A DNA stretch of 32,000 nt from Demequinaceae bacterium (GTDB lineage: Bacteria; Actinomycetota; Actinomycetes; Actinomycetales; Demequinaceae). Below are positions 28,372 to 32,000 of the stretch, piece after piece (positions within the stretch are counted from its first letter, which is position 1; each line of letters opens with the position of its first letter). The stretch lies in the NCBI GenBank assembly GCA_965250005.1, contig OZ252279.1, positions 690,001 to 722,000 of the forward strand, given 5' to 3'. Under the pieces are notes generated by a model. The model was given only the letters and a program-made list of their open reading frames with translations. It searched no databases and was not told the origin of the DNA. The position numbers were made by a program, and so were the translations under genes.

Positions 28372-28603
28372 GAACTAAACCCAGGCCAAATCAATCCCGC
28401 AACTCCTGCGGATACTTCCTCGATGCTGGCATGACTCCCATCCTTTCGGGAAATCAGACCCTCCACCAAACCCGAGGCGATTCAGTTGGCTCCATGTTCC
28501 TACGTAGCGGGGCTTACACACTTGCCTGCAGGCGTGCGCGATTCGTTCGCGATCGCGACTGAATCCACCGAACCACCAGCCATAGCCGTCGCCCCTTGTG
28601 CAG

Positions 28604-28641
28604 AAATGGGTAACGGGCCCCCGAAGGGGCCCGCCTCATTT
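28604..28641. terminator. Strong GC hairpin in the intergenic region upstream of cas9
   Basis: Core CGGGCCCC-CGAA-GGGGCCCG (28614-28633), extended by AAATGgg...cctCATTT. Confidence 0.55.
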
Positions 28642-28868
28642 GGTGCAGTCCTGTCTAACAACAGTTCTACTTGTTAGCGTCAGGGCGCATTTCCCAGAAC
28701 GATAGTTGTTTCGCCAACATAACATGTGTCAGACATCCAGGCTACGGTCGAGTAGATCCACAAGAGTTCTGAAAGGGACTGACATGACCGTACAAGCAAA
28801 TGCACCCCTCAAGTACCGGCTTGGGCTGGATGTTGGGGGCTGGTGCAGGAACTGGTGACAGTTCGGGT

Positions 28869-29744
28869 TTAGGCCGCGAGGGCCATTTGTGTGTTCATGA
28901 TGGTCTCGTATTCGATGGGGGTCAAGCGTCCGAGTCGGTCTTGTCGGCGGCGGCGGTGGTAGGTGCGTTCGATCCAGGTGATGATCGCGATGCGGAGTTC
29001 CTGGCGGGTGTCCCAGCGTTGCCGGTTCAGGACGTTTTTTTGGAGCAGGCTGAAGAAGGATTCCATTGCGGCGTTGTCGCCGGCGGCACCTACTCGACCC
29101 ATGGAGCCGACCATGCCGTGACGGTTCAGTGCGTGACCCATTTTGCGGGAACGAAATTGAGATCCCCTATCGGCGTGCAGGATGCATCCAGTGACGTCGC
29201 CGCGGGACGCGACGGCGTTGGCCAGGGCGTTCACAGCCAACTGGGCTTGCATTCGGTCACTGAGTGAGTAGCCGACGATGCGGTTCGAGTACAGGTCCTT
29301 GATGGCGCACAGGTAGAGTTTGCCTTCACTGGTGGGGTGCTCCGTGATGTCCGTCAGCCACACCTGATTTGGGCTCTGGGCGGTGAAGACACGTTGCACG
29401 AGGTCATCGAACACGGGTGGACCGGGTTTGCCTGCCTTGCCTCTCTTGCGACGCTGTGTCGTTGACACCAAACCCGCCTGCGACGCCAAGGACCATGCGG
29501 TCCTGCGCACCATCGGCCATCCGGCTACCACGGCCTCGTCCGCGAGGAACCGGTAGCCGAACTCTGGGTCGTCACGGTGCGCGTCAATGAGCGCGTTCAT
29601 GCGATGCGCTTGCACCCAGTCCAATGCCGTAACTGGTTCGCTTCGCCACCGGTAGTACGGCTGGCGAGCAATCTTCAGCACCCGACACGTCACCGCGACG
29701 GGAACACCGTCGACGGCCAGCTCGCGGACGAGCGGGTAGATCAT
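28869..29744 (-). CDS. IS3-family transposase orfB (DDE integrase core)
   Basis: NQVWLTDITEHPTSEGKLYLCAIKDLYSNRIVGYSLS, ILHADRGSQFRS, AAGDNAAMESFFSLLQKNVLNR; ATGA overlap with orfA. Confidence 0.94.
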   Translation of the reverse strand: MIYPLVRELAVDGVPVAVTCRVLKIARQPYYRWRSEPVTALDWVQAHRMNALIDAHRDDPEFGYRFLADEAVVAGWPMVRRTAWSLASQAGLVSTTQRRKRGKAGKPGPPVFDDLVQRVFTAQSPNQVWLTDITEHPTSEGKLYLCAIKDLYSNRIVGYSLSDRMQAQLAVNALANAVASRGDVTGCILHADRGSQFRSRKMGHALNRHGMVGSMGRVGAAGDNAAMESFFSLLQKNVLNRQRWDTRQELRIAIITWIERTYHRRRRQDRLGRLTPIEYETIMNTQMALAA

Positions 29745-30040
29745 TTTGGGTGGCCACCGAGTTTGAGATTGGCCTGCGACAAGTAAGCGGCCGCACGCCG
29801 CAAAACCTCGTTCTCTTGCTCGAGCAACCGATTACGCCGACGCAACTCCCGCACCTGTTCGGCTCGCTCACGGCTCACACCAGGTTTGTCACCGTCCTCG
29901 ATGTTGGCTTGACGCAACCAATTCGACAACGTCGCATGCGAGATCCCGAAATCCTCGGCAATCTGCTTCTGAGACGCCTCACGGCGCCGGGCAACCGCAA
30001 CCACGTCACGGCGAAACTCCTCAGGAAAAACTTTAGGCAT
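29741..30040 (-). CDS. IS3-family transposase orfA
   Basis: MPKVFPEEFRRDVVAVARRREASQKQIAEDFGISHATLSNWLRQANIEDG...LRRRNRLLEQENEVLRRAAAYLSQANL. Confidence 0.92.
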   Translation of the reverse strand: MPKVFPEEFRRDVVAVARRREASQKQIAEDFGISHATLSNWLRQANIEDGDKPGVSRERAEQVRELRRRNRLLEQENEVLRRAAAYLSQANLKLGGHPK

Positions 30041-32000
30041 AACAACATCCTTCCACCAAGACCCTCCCAGGTCCCAGAAGTCAGTTGTCACCTATCCCTG
30101 CACCAGCCCCTTGGGACTGGATCCCTGGGGTGGGCCGTTCTCGCTTTGGATGAGGACGGCAAGCCGTTTCGCATTGAGCGCATGGGCTCGCGGATATTTG
30201 GCACCGGGCGCAAACCGAAGGACAACACGTCGCTTGCGGCGGATCGCACGCAGGCTCGGTCGATGCGCAGGCGCCGCGATCGCTATTTGCGCCGCCGAAA
30301 TATGACGATCAACCAGCTCGTCGCGGCTGGTCTCATGCCTGAAGACAAAGCAGCTCGCAAAAAGTTGGTTTCGCTTCACCCCTTCCGGCTACGTTCTGAA
30401 GGTCTGCACAGAGAGCTAACGTTGCATGAGCTGGGCCGGGCGCTCTTCCACTTGCAGCAACGTCGGGGGTTCAAAAGCAACCGCAAGGCGGACAAGGGTG
30501 ACAGCGATTCGGGAGCCATGAAGACGGCAATTCTGGACACTCAGTCCCGAATTCCTACTGGGGAGACAGTGGGCTCTTATCTTTGGGCACAGATTCTGGA
30601 GGGCGAGAGCGCGCGTGCGAGGCGGCGCGGCGAAGGAGCAAAGGCCACCTATGACTTCTACGTGAACCGCCAGATGGTTCAAGAAGAGTTCGACGCATTG
30701 TGGGAGTCTCAGAGACGGTTTCACCCCGAAGAGCTCGACCAAGAAGCGTATGACGCAGTCCACTCCGCCATCTTCTTTCAGCGGGCCCTCAAGCGGGTCC
30801 AGGTGGGCAAGTGCTTCTTCGAGCGTGAAGAGGAACGGGCGGCCGATGCGTTGCCGTCATCGCAACTGTTCCGGCTGTATCAGGAGGTCAACAACCTCAT
30901 GGTCCGCGATCACGATGACGCAACACTGCGCCTTCGACCTCTCACGCGAAACGAGAGGGATAGGGCCATCGAGTACCTCGGCGCGATCAAGGATTCCACC
31001 TTTGCGAAACTCGGCGAGAAGCTCTTCGGCAGGGCGTCTCGGTTTGAATTCAATCTTCAGGCGGGTGAACGCTCCAAGATCAAGGGAAACGACGTCGCCA
31101 GCACTCTCAAGGGGAAGAAGGCATTCGGGCCTTCCTGGTTCACCCTCCCCTTGGATCAGCAAGATGAAATCGCTCAAAGAATTGAAGACGTGGAGTCTGA
31201 AGCGGACGAGGAGGGCCTGGCGTTCTGGCTCCGCGAAGCCCACGGACTATCCCCCGACAACGCGCATCACGTCGCCACCAAAGTGAACTTGCCCGACGGC
31301 CACCGCCGCCTGAGTTCAAAGGCGATCGGCAAAATACTCCCGCACCTCAGTGACGGTTGGGATGAGGAGCATGGTCGCGCGCTCCGGTACAGCGACGCGG
31401 TGGAGCAGGTTGACGAGCCAAACTACCGGAGCCACAGCGAGCAGCACACCGGGGACCTCTTTGAGCATCTCCCCTACTACGGGAAGATTCTCCACCGGTA
31501 CACCGCAGACGTACCACGGCGTGAAGATGAGGCCGTACAGAAAAACACCGACGCGAACGAGTGGGAGTACGGACGCATCGCGAACACCACGGTCCACATC
31601 GGCCTGAACCAGATCCGCAAGGTGGTCAATGCCCTCATCAACGCGTACGGCCTCCCGGCCGAGGTCCACGTTGAAGTAGCCCGCCACCTGGGACAGAGCC
31701 GCGAAGCGCGCATCGAAGACTCAAAGCGGAGGCGCGAAGGGGAGGAGAACAACGAACGGATCCGCGAGATTCTTGAGGATCTGGGAGTCAAGGACAATTA
31801 TGACAACCGCACGCGCGTGAAGTTGTTTGAGGAGCTTGCACCGCTTAGCCACCGGTGCATATTCACTGGCATCCCAATAGCGCGTGCGCGCATGTTCACC
31901 AACGACTACCAGGTGGATCACGTGTTGCCGTATTCGCGGACTCTGGACGACAGTTACGGCAACAAGATCTTGATTCACCACACCGCGAATCAGTTCAAGG

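Larger units (their letters stand above)
27091..28393 (+). mobile_element. Intact-looking IS3-family insertion sequence, 1303 bp, nested in orfA of the older IS
   Basis: Terminal IRs TGATTTGGCCTGGGTTTTGTTCC / rc TGATTTGGCCTGGGTTTAGTTCC; 3-bp target duplication ATC at 27088-27090 and 28394-28396; orfA+orfB inside. Confidence 0.93.
26303..28484 (-). mobile_element. Degenerate IS3-family element (internal deletion in orfB, probable frameshift in orfA), interrupted by a nested IS
   Basis: Terminal inverted repeats TGAATCGCCCCGGGTTTAGTGGAG (26303) and rc TGAATCGCCTCGGGTTTGGTGGAG (ending 28484). orfA starts MPASRKYPQELRD at 28432 and continues RAIRFVSEA... at 27087 after removing the nested IS; about 876 bp without the nested IS and one TSD copy. 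Confidence 0.85.
28836..30110 (-). mobile_element. IS3-family insertion sequence, 1275 bp, inserted in cas9
   Basis: Terminal IRs GGGGCTGGTGCAGGAACTGGTGACA and rc GGGGCTGGTGCAGGGATAGGTGACA (22/25); 3-bp target duplication TTG at 28833-28835 and 30111-30113. Confidence 0.95.
28784..32000 (+). pseudogene. cas9: Type II CRISPR effector Cas9 gene, interrupted in RuvC-I by an IS3-family element; 3' end beyond the window
   Basis: 5' exon 28784-28835 MTVQANAPLKYRLGLDV(G); 3' part 30114-32000 (G)TGSLGWAVLALDEDGKPFRIERMGSRIF..., Arg-rich bridge helix RTQARSMRRRRDRYLRRRN, HELGRALFHLQQRRGFKSNRK, RuvC-II-like AEVHVEVARHLGQSREAR, HNH motif YQVDHVLPYSRTLDDSYGNK. Frame manually checked open from 30114 to 32000. 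Confidence 0.94.

Noticed and set aside
28481-28563. Inverted pair GATTCAGT ... ACTGAATC as a possible further IS end
   Set aside because: Only 8 bp. The second copy lacks the rest of the IS terminal repeat (CGCCCCGGGTTT), so it is likely coincidental.
29741-29744. Programmed -1 frameshift site between orfA and orfB of the cas9-interrupting IS
   Set aside because: The IS3 family commonly uses one, but no clear A6G-type slippery heptamer was found at the ATGA overlap. Translational coupling is equally possible, so it is not called.
28374-32000. CRISPR array near cas9
   Set aside because: No regularly spaced 24-48 nt direct repeats seen in the window. The array, cas1 and cas2 may lie beyond 32000.

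Overview
High-GC window consistent with an actinobacterial chromosome; the taxonomic call is an inference from gene content and order. From about 1 to 25.9 kb it is mostly ordinary core genome. This part holds a large multi-TM protein running off the left edge, RNase P RNA (rnpB, minus strand), a YaaA-family protein, a histidine phosphatase / RNase H-like / zinc-ribbon / Nif3 cluster, a K+ channel, tRNA-Val(TAC), a DUF3052 protein, aceE, a type II fatty-acid cluster (PucR-type regulator, fabD, fabH, acpP, fabF), a PHB-depolymerase-like lipoprotein, a DUF3145 protein, peptide deformylase, NAD(P)HX dehydratase, a GNAT acetyltransferase, a DUF1905 protein and an Amt transporter. From about 26 kb to the right edge is accessory DNA: a truncated MpaB-family gene, a degenerate IS3-family element whose orfA is split by a second IS3-family element (exact 3-bp target duplication), a 300-bp structured intergenic region, and a type II (probably II-C-like) cas9. 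A third IS3-family element (1275 bp, TTG target duplication) splits cas9 exactly inside its RuvC-I catalytic motif. Removing the IS in silico restores ...YRLGLDVG|TGSLGWAVLALDEDGKP... in frame. The cas9 runs off the right edge just after its HNH motif, so cas1, cas2 and the CRISPR array, if present, are outside the window. Other notable signals are two matching 17-bp palindromes before the fatty-acid regulator and before fabD, an in-frame hexanucleotide microsatellite encoding (WT)n, and a long bidirectional terminator-like hairpin between aceE and its convergent neighbour.
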